DNA from: Azolla caroliniana
Taxonomy: Eukaryota; Plantae; Polypodiophyta
Assembly (NCBI GenBank): GCA_043228905.1
Contig: JBHGNT010000022.1
Coordinates: 5,208,001-5,272,000, forward strand
Reading direction: 5' to 3'
Length of the DNA stretch: 64,000 nt
The translations under genes were made by a program, and so were the position numbers. Shown here piece by piece: positions 24,960 through 37,997 of this stretch. The first letter of the stretch is position 1; each line of letters starts with the position of its first letter. The notes under the pieces were generated by a model that saw only the letters and a list, made by a program, of their open reading frames with translations, was not told the DNA's origin and did not search any database.

Positions 24960-26590
24960 TTAATCTTCTTCCAAAATGGCCCGGATGTTTGGCTCTGCTA
25001 CGGTGTCCGCGTTCGGAGGCGACATAGGGCCCGTAGGGGCATCGTGGTGTGGTGCCCCTATTTGGTCGGGATGGCTTCTCCTGGTGTCGCAGTCGTCCTG
25101 TGTGGGCGGTCCGGGTACGATGGGCTCTTCTTGAGCTAGTGGGTTGGGCTCAACCGTCGTCATGCTGGCGGTCGGCTGCGGCTCTGTCTCAATCGTCACT
25201 TCCTCCGTGGTGCCAACCGTCATTGTACGCTCCGGGGAGTGGGGTGCAATTCCGCCTGGCCCGCAAAGTTCTCTGTGTGGTCCACCGATAGCGTGGGCTC
25301 CTGCGGATGGGGCTCCTCTTGGGCAGCAATTTCGCTGTCTAGTACTGTGGGGGACTCCGCCTGTCGTTCTGCGCTGTTCACCGTCATTGTAATTTCTGGT
25401 GATTTGGCCTGAGGTTCCTCTTCTTCGGTCATGCCCAAAATTGGCGTCGCGATGGATTCCTCATTTGTTCGCGTGTTGCCAGCTTGTGTGATCTGGTGAA
25501 ATAGCTCCTCTTGGATTTCACCAAAATAATCTAAGAGCTGTGCGAGTTCTTCGGAAGTCTTGCGCTAGGTCCTCGCGTACAGCCGCAATGCTCTCCTCAT
25601 TTAGTTTATAGAAACCTCGACCGTCTTTTCGCCGGTTCTCCCAGTTCGCACGATACATGTGCAATTCCGCTGCTTGGGTTGCCCATGCCATCCATTCTTT
25701 GTCTAGCGTTGTTTTTAATTGCGTTGTGAACCTCTCCCGATTTGTTTGCAGAAGGATACACACGTTGTCTGTGATGGCCTGGCAATGGTTGCGTGTGTCC
25801 TCCACCGACTTCTTGAGGTTTGCAATCTCTTGCTGACTAACCGCCATCGCTTCTTCGTACGTGGTCTTCAGGCCCGCCCACAGCTGGGATTCCTTTGCAT
25901 GGTGTTCTTCTAATTTCCCCATTTCATTGTTTAGGCAGATTTCGAGCTGATGCCTTCTTTCCTGTTTGACCACCAGCTGCTCGTCGAACAATACCTTCTT
26001 TTTCTCCAATAAGGTTCGGAGTCCCGCGATTGCCGCCTCCGATTTCTTCGCTTCATCCCGTAATTGGGCGTTTTCGTCTTTTGTTCGGATGTGTTGTGCT
26101 ACCTCCGCAACAAGTTTCTCTTCAAGGGTTTTTACTGCCTTCTGCCCGTTAGCCCGGATCTCCTTTTCCCTGTCTGAGGATTGGCGCAGTTCAGCTCGAA
26201 GGCGGTCAATTTCTGATTCCGCTAGTTGCACGACCTTTTCTCCTTTGAGGCGATGGCGGTCTGAGCCTCAATTTCTTCCTTCAAAGCATCAATGGCGTGG
26301 TTTGGTGGCGGAGTTGCCTGTTGCGCCGTAGTCGCGTTAGAATCCAACTCCGCGATGCGTTCGTTGGCTTTTTGCCGCTCGGCTTGGGTCATTTTCACCT
26401 TCTTCCAGACATTCTTATTTTTAATGGCCATCTCCTTGGCGCCCGTGTTGACCTTTGCCAGTTCCCTATGGACTTCGACTAGGGCCGTGTTTAATGGGGG
26501 TAGCTCCATCCCCACTCAGCATACACTGGTGCTCTATATGCCGACCCTGGCTAGCCGGTCCTCATTGTCGCTCTCTGCCGTTTGTGTTAT
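24960..26590 (-). pseudogene. G1: C-terminal half of the family-G extra ORF (coiled-coil protein)
   Basis: Heptad-rich ORFs. WATQAAELHMYRA...AVREDLAQDF and the terminal AILEED* align with G2 and G3. Confidence 0.7.
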
Positions 26591-26616
26591 CGGATCCCTA
26601 ACTCTCCGATGAAGTC

Positions 26617-28922
26617 TGTCACATTCTAGACTCGAACCTCTTGACTTTTAACACACACATCACATTGTGTTGTGTTAGCCATATAGAAACTTTTGTGAAC
26701 TGTCCATATTCGATTGTGAACTTGTATATATTGTAGATTATATTCGACAATATTCTAGTTGTTAGTATATTCTAAAATTATTCTGTGGTATATTCTAAAT
26801 GGGTATATTCTTGAGATATTTATCAAGTATATTCTAGAGATATTCAATCTCAAAACATGTATAAATACTTGTAACCTCCTTGGTCCCTTTCAAGGGATTC
26901 AACACCAGTCATTGACACATCAATCTAGTATTCTCGTTTCGCCTCATCTTTGTCTTCATGCCCTCATGTCTCTCACAACATCTAGAGTTCTTAGCCTTGT
27001 CATATCTAGCTCCAAGTTCATTTGTCGCTTGTAGCCCCATCATCTGCGCTCCGTCCTAGTCCGCACTTGGTGTGTCCATGACAGTTTGAAGCCCTTCCAA
27101 CTGGGAGCACCACCCGTCTTCGTCATCGCATTTGCTTCGAGAATTACCATCATCACTGTCCTTGCTTCCGGAGTTACTGTCATCAACATCCTTGTCTTCG
27201 ACGTCATCATTTTCAGCACCTCTTTGCCCAACCATCGTCGTCATCAACACTACTTGTCATTACTTTTAGGTATCATTTTGCATCACGGTTTTGGTGAGGA
27301 GTGTTTTTGATCGCTCACATTCCCAGTTCCAGTGAGGGTAACAACCGCTCACTTTCCTGGTGGGGATCAGATCATTGCTCGCTTGCACTGCATTTTCATT
27401 ATAGTTCAAGTCTCGCGCCACTTTCTGTTGCCGAGGACCGATTTCGATTGCTCATTTTCCTAGTGGGGATCGCGTGGGTTTCTCACTAGCACTACCATTT
27501 GTGTTGTGTCTTGGGTCAACCTCGACTATTTACCCTCTCATAATAGAAGAAGTGGAGCCGACCGCTTCACTTGCACACCTTTGCCCGTTGTTCTAGTTGT
27601 CGCTCATGGCCATTCATGTTTTTGAGGACTGCACATGATCGCTCACATTCCAGTTTTCGATGAGGGCCATACATGGTCGCTCATGTCCGTTCGTGTTCTA
27701 GCTCATGGTGAGGGCCATAGGGTCGCTCACGCCCGTTCGTGTTTAGTTCTCAGTGAGGGCCGCATGGTCGCTCACATCTGTTTGTGTTCCAGTTCTTGGT
27801 GAGGGCCGCACAGTCACTCACGCCCGTTGGTGTTCGTGTTCCAACTCTCGGCGAGGTCCGACATGGTCTCTCATGCCCGTTGGTGTTCGTGTTCCCTATG
27901 AGGGCCGCATATGGTCATTTACGCCCATTGGTATTTGTGTTCCAGTCTCCGGTGAGAATCGCACATGCTCGCTCACTCCACCTATTGTTCGTGTTCCAGA
28001 TCCCGACGAGGACTGGCATGGTCACTCATGCCTGTTGCTGTTCATGTTTCAGTTCCCAGTGAGGACCACACATGGTCGCTCACGCCTGTTGGTGGTCATG
28101 TTCCAACTCTTGGCAAGAACCAACATGATCTCTCATGCTCGTTGGTGTTCGTGTTCCCTGTGAGGACCACACATGGTCCCTCACTCCCATTGCTATTCGT
28201 GTTCCAGTTCCCGACAAGGACCACACATGGTTGCTCATGCCCATTGGTGTTCGTGCTCCCCATGAGGACCGCACATGGTCGCTCATGCCCATTGGTGCTC
28301 AATACCTCGTCTTATGGAAGGGTTACTTCTTGTCTCGGATTTACAAAATACTTTGGAGTTGGTCTATGATTTTCATCAATAGTATCCCCTTAACCAAGGA
28401 CCGGTTTGGGAAGGTGGCGTAAGAGGGGGGATAATGTCACATACTAGACTCGAACCTCTTGACTTTTAACACACAGTACATTGTGTTGTGTTAACCATAT
28501 ATAGAAACTCTTGTGAACTGTCCACATTTGATTGTGAACTTGTATATATTGTAGAGTACATTCGAAAATATTCTAGTTGTTAGTATATTCTAAAATGATT
28601 CTCTGGTATATTCTAAATGGGTATATTCTCAAGATATTTATCGAGTATATTCTAGAGATATTCAATCGCAGAACATGTATAAATACTTGTAACCTCCTTG
28701 ATCCCTTTCAAGGGATTCAACACCAGTCATTGACACATCAATCTAGTATTCTCGTTTTGCCTCATCTTTGTCTCCTTGATCTTTATTTTTGTCTTCATGT
28801 CCTCATGTCGCTCACAACATCTAGAGTTCCTAGCCTCATCACATCTAGCTCCAAGTTTATCCGTCGCTCGTAGCTCCATCATCTGCTCTCCGTCCTAGTC
28901 CGCGCTTGGTGTGTCCGCGACA
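26617..28922 (+). mobile_element. Non-autonomous, non-coding LTR element L (TRIM/LARD-like, 2.3 kb)
   Basis: LTRs 26617-27083 and 28435-28922. TSD AAGTC on both sides. PPT AAGAGGGGGGA at 28421. No recognisable retro domains inside. Confidence 0.9.
27620..28300 (+). repeat. Degenerate minisatellite, about 14 units of ~40-55 bp, inside L
   Basis: Recurring GAGGRCCRCAYRGTCGCTCAYGCCCRTTGGTGTTCGTGTTCCAG-like unit. Confidence 0.85.
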
Positions 28923-29454
28923 AAGTCCTTCTTCCAGATTACCTCTTTGTCAGCTTCCACGACTGCCATGTACTCCGCTTCTTTTGTCGACAGTGTTAAG
29001 GATTTCTGTAGCCTCGACTACCATGATATAGCTCACCTTGCATAAGTCATTATGTATCCAGACGTGGACCAACTGGGATCTGCATCAGCCGACATGCCCG
29101 AATCGGTGAAGCCTTCCAGTTGGGGTTTCCCTGAGCCAAATCAGACACACATACTTGAGGTGCCTTTCAAGTACCGGGCGATCCACTTGAAGGCGGCCCA
29201 GTGCTCTCTTCCTGGATTGCTCATGAATCGGTTGACCACTCCAACTGCATATCCGATGTCAGGTCTAGTACACACCATGGCGTACATCAGGCTTTCGACA
29301 GTAGAAGCATATGGTACCTTCATCATCTCCGACTTCTCCGTCTTGTTCTTCGGGGTGTGTTTCCTGGACAACTTGCAGTTTGCTAGAAGTGTTGACCCCA
29401 CCGGCTTCGCATCCGCCATGCTGAACCGTTGGAGCACCTTCGTCACGTACTTCT

Positions 29455-32400
29455 TGTAAAAGAATATGTGCGGAAGCAATAGAAAACCGAACACAGAAGA
29501 TACGCAGGTTTAATGGAGAGCTTAGGATATACACACAGTACGTGCGAGAGATAGAGAGAGAGAACACACATAAACTCAATTCAAAATAATACTCAATCTG
29601 TACATAGGACGTGCTCAGTGAGCACTTTTATACAAGTCCATACAGACTGACAGAAGTATTGACACGTACTTCAATGCTCATAACTGAGCTCTACGCTAAC
29701 TCCCAAAATATATTCCTACGCGGAATATTTTCCCAACGGCCTCGCGGTTTACGCACCGCTACGGCTTCTCGTTATGCACCGGTTTGCGTACTGGTTCGGC
29801 CTAACCGATCGGCCCCAACCGATCTGGTTCTTGGCTTGCACAGCCGATCCAGCCAATGTTGAGCTTGTATCTCAACACTCCCCCTCAAGCTCAACTTGAG
29901 GTTCCATCTGCTCTTCCCGATCTGCTCTCCGGTTCCTTCTGGCTTCCCACCTTGCTCGCGCTCCTCGACCCGTTCGATTCCGTGTGCCCCGACCCTTTCG
30001 GTCGGCTTGTCTGCTCACATGGCCCTTCTCAGCTTCCTTGCTGTTGTGGTGTTGGTGCATCTTTTGTTGACTTCTCTTCTGCTTGGCCCTTGGTTGATTT
30101 AGCGTATCCGAATCAAATATCCAAACTGACTCGGCTTCCTCCGATCAGTTTTTGCTCTTGTCCGAGTTGGCTGTCTCCAACTCGTCTTCGGTCTTCTCAC
30201 CCTTGGTTGGCTTCGACTCTTTCTTTCGACTGCTCCCCTTATGTCTGCTTTCGGAATCTTTCGCGGGTCCGCCCTCGGCTTCTTCAGCCAATCCGAAATT
30301 GGATTCGTCATCTGACTCGACGTCGTGGTCTTCGTCTTCCGGAACGTCTCTCCCCCTCAAGTTCGGCACGTTGAGGTGATGCAACCCAAGCGCACCCGAG
30401 AATTGCCGCAACTTGTCCAGACCAAGAGGCTTGGTGAAGATGTCGGTGTTCTACCGATCCATCGGAACATACTGAAGTTCGACTTCACCGGAGAGGACAC
30501 GCTCACGGATGAAATGGTAGTGCACCTCAATGTGCTTAGTCCGGGCGTGGAAGACAGGGTTCTTAGCTAGTTGGATGCTGCTGAGTTTGTCGTAGTAGAT
30601 TGTCGTTGGATCGGATACCTCCACCTGCAGATCCTTAAGTAGCCGCTTCAACCATATGGCTTCGCATGTCGCGACAGGCGCTCCTCTATACTCGGCTTTG
30701 GAGCTCGACAACGCAACTGTCGGTTGCTTCTTGCTACTCCATGCGATCGCGGCACTCCCGAGAGAGAATGCGAAACCGGACATGGATCGGCGATCACCGA
30801 CATTTTTGGCCCAATCAACATCGGTGTAATCGACCAACTGCATGGCAGTATTGGCCCGATATAGTAGCCCCTGGTCCTTAGTGCCACTGACGTACCGGAG
30901 TACGCGTTGAGCGCACTAAAGGTGCTCCTCGGTCGGTCGTGCCATGAACTGACTAATCACCCTGATCGGGTAGCTGAGATCTGGCCGGGTGATGGTCAAG
31001 TATATAAGGCTTCCGACTATATGTTGGAACCTCGTTGGGTCGCATACCTTTCTAGAATCGGGGCGAAGCTTGACGGTTCTATCCAGAGGAGTCGAGACGG
31101 ACTTACAGTTGGCCATCCCGAATTTGAAGAGCATATTCAGCGCGTAATCACGTTGGCTAATCAAGATGCCTTCGGGGGTATGGATCACTTCGATCCCGAG
31201 GAAGTAATGAAGGTCCCCCAGGTCCTTCATGTCAAATGATGCCGCAAGCTGGAGCTTTATGCGGTCAATTTCACCTAGGTCGGCGCCGGTGATGATCAAG
31301 TCATCAACATAAAGTAAAATACTAACCGTTCCAAGTCGACCTTTATGGATGAACAGTGAGGAGTCCGATTTTGACGTCACAAAGCCCATCCGATGCAATC
31401 GTTGCGTGATCTTCGTGTTCCAGGCATGCGGGGCTTGCTTTAGTCCATAAAGGGACTTCTTCAATTGGCACACCACCGAAGTGTTCGTTCCGGAGTGAAA
31501 TCCGGGGGGTTGTACCATGTACACTTGTTCCTCAAGCTCACCTTGCAGGAACGCATTCCTTACATCTATCTGATGTAAATGCCACCCCTTTGCCGCAGTG
31601 ACCGTGAGCAAAACACAGACAATCGTCATCTTCGCAACTGGCACAAACGTCTCATCGTAGTCGATGCGGTGTTTCTGCGCGTAGCCTTTTGCTACTAACC
31701 GGGCCTTGTAGCGGTTGAACGAGCTGTTAGTGTTGTACTTGACCTTATACACCCGCCTACATCCGATTGGCTTCACACCTTTCAATGCGTCAATCAGGTC
31801 CTAGGTTTCATTCTCCGCCAATGCGTGCATCTCTTCCTCCATTGCTGCACGCCAATTCGCATCCTTCGCCGCCTCTACGTAGCTCTCCGGCTCACGCACT
31901 TTCGCTACACGTGTCATGTACGCATAGTGATGCGCCATGTACTCGTTGTAACCGAACCACACAACAGGGTTCTTCTGGCGGGTTGATCGACGTAATTTCT
32001 CATTAGCCGATATTGAGGCTTTCATGGCCGACGCAGACTTCGCTCTCAAAGAGCCGTCGTCTCTTCCCTCAAAGTCGGACTCACGTCGATCCGACTCGTT
32101 TCTATCCGTGCCGTAATCCGACACCTTCTTCTTCCCTCTTTCTTTGTGCGTAAACCGTCTCCTCGGCTTCCTGCGCGGGGAATGCACAGCCGAGTCTCCA
32201 CTACTCGCCGGCTCTATTGGTCGAACCGACTCAGTTGTCCATCCGGTCCACTTAACCGAAACGAAATCGGACTCTCTTCGCGGGTCCCGATTTCAGGCTC
32301 ATCCAGAGGCATCTCGGCCTCGCTGACCTCATCATCAAAACTCGGATTGGAGGTGAGATCCGGAGTCGGAGGCAAGTACCAGGATGTGAACTTGTCAAAC

Positions 32401-32623
32401 ACAACGTCACGGCTCACGCGTGCTTGTTTGGTGCGAGGGTTATAACACTTATAACCCTTTTGCTTGTCCGAGTAGTCGACCAAGATACACTTCTCGGCTT
32501 TCGCGTCCAACTTCCTCCGTTTCTCCTTCGGTACATGCACATATGCAATGCTACCGAAAACTCTCAAGTGTCGTAGATTCGGCTTCCTTCCGAAATACTG
32601 CTCATGTGCCGACACTTTGTCTC
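29455..32623 (-). mobile_element. Copia A2 (A-family): 3' LTR 29455-29877, RH, RT and integrase C-terminus
   Basis: LTR and pol are homologous to A1 (LLYVDDL, NPVFHARTKHIE). Interrupted at 32624 by A3. Confidence 0.9.
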
Positions 32624-32686
32624 TGTGAAAGATTTCTTGTGGAAGCGTTAGAAAGAACAATACACAGAGAGAGAGAGAGAGTACGC

Positions 32687-32734
<48 letters not shown>

Positions 32735-35700
32735 ACACTATTTTTAAAAAAAAATTATATGAATACTCTGCACTCTATATATACAACGCGCTCATCAGCG
32801 CTATTTATACAAGTCCACACGTGACTGTTAGAAGTACGGTGTACTTCAATGCTCACACAAGTGTCTGACACTAACTACGAGACTATAACTGCCTAGTAGT
32901 TTAACCTATACTAGGCTTCCGGTTACGGATTGGATCCGGCATACCGGCTCGGTTGCTCACCGGCATACCGATTCATCTCGCTTACCAGCTTAGGCTTATT
33001 CAACCGATCTGGCTCCAGTTGAGCTTGCCGCTCAACACTCCCCCTCAAGCTCAACCTGAGGTAGGGTCGTAGTGTCAACCTCTGTGGCAGCCGGTTCTTC
33101 CAACTGACTTCTCCTGGCGTCGCTTCGCCTTGCTCACGCTCCTTTTCTGGTCCGGTTCGGTTTGCCGTGACCCCTTTGGTTCTACGCGCATCGACCTTCG
33201 GCATGTCTGCTCAATAGGCCCATCTCAGCTCCTTCGCTGTTATGACTCCGGCGCTTGCCGATCCGTCGGTTCCTCCGCGATGGCATTGACTTCCACTGCG
33301 TCCGTGTCTCCTTGGCCTCTAGTTGATCCGACTCATCCGGACACGTCTGTTGATCCGAATTGGCTGTGTCCAACTCATTCCAGCTCTTGTCCAAATCGGT
33401 ATCCTCCGATTCGATTTTCGGCTTCAGGCCTCTCACCACATCGGACCACGTCCGGGTATTGGCCTTCTCCGTGCTTCCCTTGGCTTCTTCAGCCGGTTCA
33501 CCGAAGTCGAATTCTTCATTCGACTCCGCATCATGGCCATTACGGTCATGATGACCTCCGCATAGCATGCACTTCTCTTCCTGAGTATACACTCCTTCTT
33601 TATAGCCACTCACTCCGACTTGTTCGGATGTGCCGACTTTCTTCGTCGACTCGGCTTCATTTTTCTTCTTGTCTCCACCTCTACCTGTTCTTCTCTTACC
33701 TATGGGTTCAACAGTTTTTTTGCCTTTGCCCGTTTCGGTAGTGTCTTTGCCCTTGCGTCTCCCCCTCAAGAGCGGCACGTTGAGATGTTGAACACCAAGC
33801 ATTTCGGTAAAGTGCTGCAACTTTTCCGACCCGAGCGGCTTGGTGAAGATGTCGGCAACTTGCCGATCCATGTGAACATACCGTAGTTCAACTGTACCGC
33901 TTAGGACCCGCTCACGCACGAAGTGATAATGCACTTCTATGTGCTTTGTGCGAGCATGGAACACAGGGTTCTTGGTGAGCTGCATGTTGCTGAGGTTATT
34001 GCAGTATATCAGGATCGGGGTCAGTACCTCGATCCGCAGGTCTTGCAGCAGTTGCCGAAGCCAAATGGCTTCACAAGTGGCAATGGTCGCGCCCCGATAT
34101 TCAGCCTTAGTGCTGGATAGAGCCACTTTTGGCTGCTTTTTGCTGCCCCACGCAACAGCCGCGCTCCCAAGAGAAAACATTAAACCGGAAGTTTAGCGGC
34201 GATCCGATGCATCGCCAGCCCATTCGGCATCCGTGTAGCTGACAAGCTCTTCGGTTATACCTTGCCGGTATAAGAGCCCCTGGTCCTTAGTGCCGCTTAC
34301 ATACCTCAGTATTCGTTGCGCGCACTGAAGGTGCTCCACGGTCGGCTTCTGAATGAATTGGCTTACCACTCCGACCGGATAGCTAATGTCGGGTTGGGTG
34401 ATGGTCAAGTAGATCAGGCTTCCGACTATTTGTCGGAACCGTTTATCATCACAGGCCGGTCCGGAGTTGGGATGGATCTTCAGGTTCCGGTCCAAGGGTG
34501 TGGAGACAGGTCGACATTCCGTCATGTCGAACTTGTACAACATATTCAACACATAATGGCGTTGAGAAAGCAATATGCCGTCGGGGGTACGGATCACCTC
34601 GATCCCCAGGAAATAATGAAGGTCCCCCAAGTCCTTCATATCAAATGCGTCCGACAACTGGGACTTGACGCGGTTGATTTCCGGAAGACTTGGGCCAGTA
34701 ATGACTAAATCATCAACATAGAGTAAGATACATACCAGACCGTTTGAGCCTTGACGGATGAACAGGGAAGAGTCCGACTTAGAGGCAACAAACCCCATCT
34801 TTCGCAACCGGTGCGTGATCTTAGCATTCCAAGCACGAGGGGCTTGCTTCAAGCCGTACAACGACTTCCTCAGTCGGCATACTGCCGACTTGTTCACCTC
34901 TGACTGAAATCCGGGGGGCTGAGTCATAAAGACTTCTTCTTCAAGATCTCCTTGAAGGAAGGCATTCTTCACATCCATCTGATGAAGATGCCACCCCCTT
35001 GCCGCAGCAACCGCCAGTACCACACGAACCGTCGTCATCTTCGCTACAGGAGCGAAGGTCTCGTCGTAGTCGATTCCGTGGGTCTGCGCATATCCCTTCG
35101 CCACTAACCGGGCCTTGTACCGGTTAACTGTACCGTCGGCATTGTAGTTTACCTTATACACCCACTTGCATCCGATAGGTTTACAGTGACGGGGAGGGTC
35201 AACCAGGTCCCAAATTCCGTTGGCATCCAGTGCCCGCATTTCTTCCTCCATAGCAGCACGCCAATTTGCGTCCTTTGCCGCTTCTGCGTAGCTCTCCGGC
35301 TCACGCACTTCCGCCACCTTGGTCATGTACGCATAATGAGGCGCCATGTACTCGTTATACCCGTACCATTTAACGGGATCCTTCTGGCGGGTGGACCGGT
35401 GTAACTCACCATTACCCGGTATCAGACCCTTCTTGGCCGGTTTGGTCTTCGTTCCCGAAGATCTGCCTATGTCCTTGCCGAAGTCAGATACGCACTGATC
35501 CAACTCATCATTGCCGGTCTCGAATTCTGGCATCGTTTGCTTCCCCTTCTCTTTGCGTGTGAATCGTCTGCTCGGTTCCTTGCGTGGGGAGAGCACGACA
35601 ACGTCTCCACTACTCACCGTCTCATCATCCGACTGGTTGGACTGATCCAGACTCGCATTCGGTCCCCTTAACCGGAACGATTCCGGACTCTCATCTTGAG

Positions 35701-37992
35701 TTCCGGATTCATCTTTCTCTACCTGGGCCGGTTCGGGCTCACTAGCCCCATCCTCCGACATCGGGTCGGGATCGGAAGAAGGAGTCGGTAAGGAATACCA
35801 CAATGCCAATTCATCAAACTCGACATCTCGACTGACTCGGACCTGCTTCGTTCGGGGGTTATAACACTTATACCCCTTTTGCTCTTGAGCATAGCTGACT
35901 AGGATGCATTTTTCCGATTTTGCATCCAGGTTTCTCCGCTTCTCATCCGGCACATGTACATAGGCTATGCTGCCGAATATCTGAAAGTGTCTCGAATTCG
36001 GCTTGCGCCCGAAATACAGCTCGTGAGCTGACATCTTGTCCCCGATCCGGTTCTGGATGTAAACGGTCGTTCGGACCGCCTCTGCCCAGTAGAACTTGGG
36101 CATGCTCTTTTCCTCTAGCATTGCCCTAGCCACGTCAATTAGCGACCGATTCTTCCTTTTGGCCACACCGTTCTGTTGCGGTGTGTACCTGCAGCTGAAT
36201 TCTCACCGAATTCCTTTTTGTTGCAGATAGCTGTTGAATTGGCCGGAAAAGTACTCTTTTCCGCCATCCGACCATAGGCATTTGATCTTCCTCTCCGATT
36301 CCCGTTCCACCATCTTTTGGAGGCTCCGGAAACATTTGAAGACTTCGCTCTTCCGCTCAATGAGGTAGATCCATGTATGCCACGTGTAGTCGTCGATGAA
36401 GGAGACGAAATATCGACTCCCGCCAATGCTAACATTTTGTGCCAGTCCCCACACATCCGAATGGATAAGATCGAGCTTGTTGCGGCTTCGATTTCTTTCG
36501 GTGGGGAATGGAAGCCGGTGTTGCTTCCCGAGTTGGCAGGCTTCACAAATCTGGGATCTCTGGCCGCTAAACTTCAGCAAACCGAAAACGACTTGTTCCG
36601 TTTACAGGTCTTGAAACCTCCGATAGTTGACGTGGCCGATCTGCTTGTGCCATAGGTCGATATCTAACTCGAACTTCTGTCCTTTGGCGAACAGTGCGGT
36701 GCCGACATCATTGGTGTTGAGGATAAACATCCTCCTATCTCTGCGCCCTTGTGCAATAACTTCGCCCTCATCCTCAATGAAGCACCCGAGGTGCGTAAAC
36801 TGCACCTGCATCCCCTGGTTGACGATTTGTCCGACCGACACCAGGTTCTTCGTGATCGTCGGGACATGTAATACATTCATCAGCTTCCCCCTTTGTCCGA
36901 CGTGGCTCAAAGGGACTTCTTTGACGTGCACGATTGGGTGGGGAGTGTCTTCTCCGGTTTCGACAACTCCCGGTTGATCCGGCTTCTCCAAAAAAGAGAA
37001 CCACTCTTCGTGGCTTGTCATGTGGTTCGATGCGCCGGAGTCAACGTACCACACTTCCTCTGATTTGGAAGTGGTCTTCTTCATTGAGTTTTCCTTGTGC
37101 TTCATCACCTGGCCCCTTACCGTTCTCGGATCCTCCCGATCCGTTTGCATAGTGCGAGCTTTGCCGGCCTTCCTTACCGGTCTGGCCGGATCCGGATTTG
37201 TCTGAATCGGCACGCTTTCTCCAACACTCGCTTTCCCTATGGCCCTTTTTGCCACAGTACTAGCATTCCGTTGCGGATTTGTCTTGCCGGCCTCTAGAAC
37301 CACCTTGACTCCCCTTGCTTGTGGAAATCCCGGAACTGTTGTCAGCACGATCACTATGCCTTCGTTCCTGCTCTTGCCGGCCGCCTCCATTGCGTGCCGA
37401 CCTGCCTCGTCCACCACGCCCGCGGGACCGATCCGCTCCTGTGTACAACATCCGGCTGTCTGGTAGATGCACCAGCGTGGTTCTCCTCTACAAGGAGCAT
37501 CGACTATAAGTCGAAAAAAGAGGGCGTATTCTCCCTTGTACAAACCGTAGTCCGGAAAGCTCCGAACTTCGATGCCAGGCCTCCAAGACAGACCTGCACC
37601 CTCTCGTCTTCCTCTACAGTGACGTTAATAGAGGCAAGCGAGTCACAGATCCCTTCGATCCGGGCTGTGTAATCTGCCATCAACATGTTCTTCTGTCGAA
37701 CATTGCTCAACTCCTATCTGAGTTGCAGCCTTCGAGCAGTGGTGCTTGCGGCGAAGACCTTTTTCAAGTTTCCCCAAGCATCCTTCGGTGTCTTGGCATC
37801 ACGGATATGGCTGAGCAGTTGGTCACTGACACTGGACACGAACCAATACATCACCCTGCTTGCCGCCTGTTCCCACACTGGGAAGTCCTTGTGTATCGTC
37901 TCCGGTGCTGAGTCGTTCACTCCGTCGACATAACTCCAGTAGCCATGCCCAAGCAGGTACTGGTGCATCTTGTATGACCAAGATGCGTAGTT
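32624..37992 (-). mobile_element. Copia A3 (A-family): 3' LTR 32624-33037 and near-complete gag-pol, 5' end missing
   Basis: 657-aa IN-RT ORF (34193-36166), RH ORF (33182-34180), PR motif WYVDSGASNHM and gag NYASWSYKMHQYLLGHGYW. The LTR contains (GA)n. Confidence 0.92.
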
Positions 37993-37997
37993 GGTAT

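Larger units (their letters stand above)
26590..29454 (-). pseudogene. M: copia RT/RNase H fragment (B-like), split by L
   Basis: SLMYAMVCTRPDIGYAVG; KEVIWKKDF|IGELGI is continuous across L. Confidence 0.8.

Noticed and set aside
25518-26231. Host myosin/SMC-like coiled-coil gene
   Set aside because: Homologous to the G-family extra ORF inside retroelements; no introns.
27620-28300. CRISPR-like periodic array
   Set aside because: Units are degenerate along their whole length, with no unique spacers and no cas genes, in a eukaryotic TE context.
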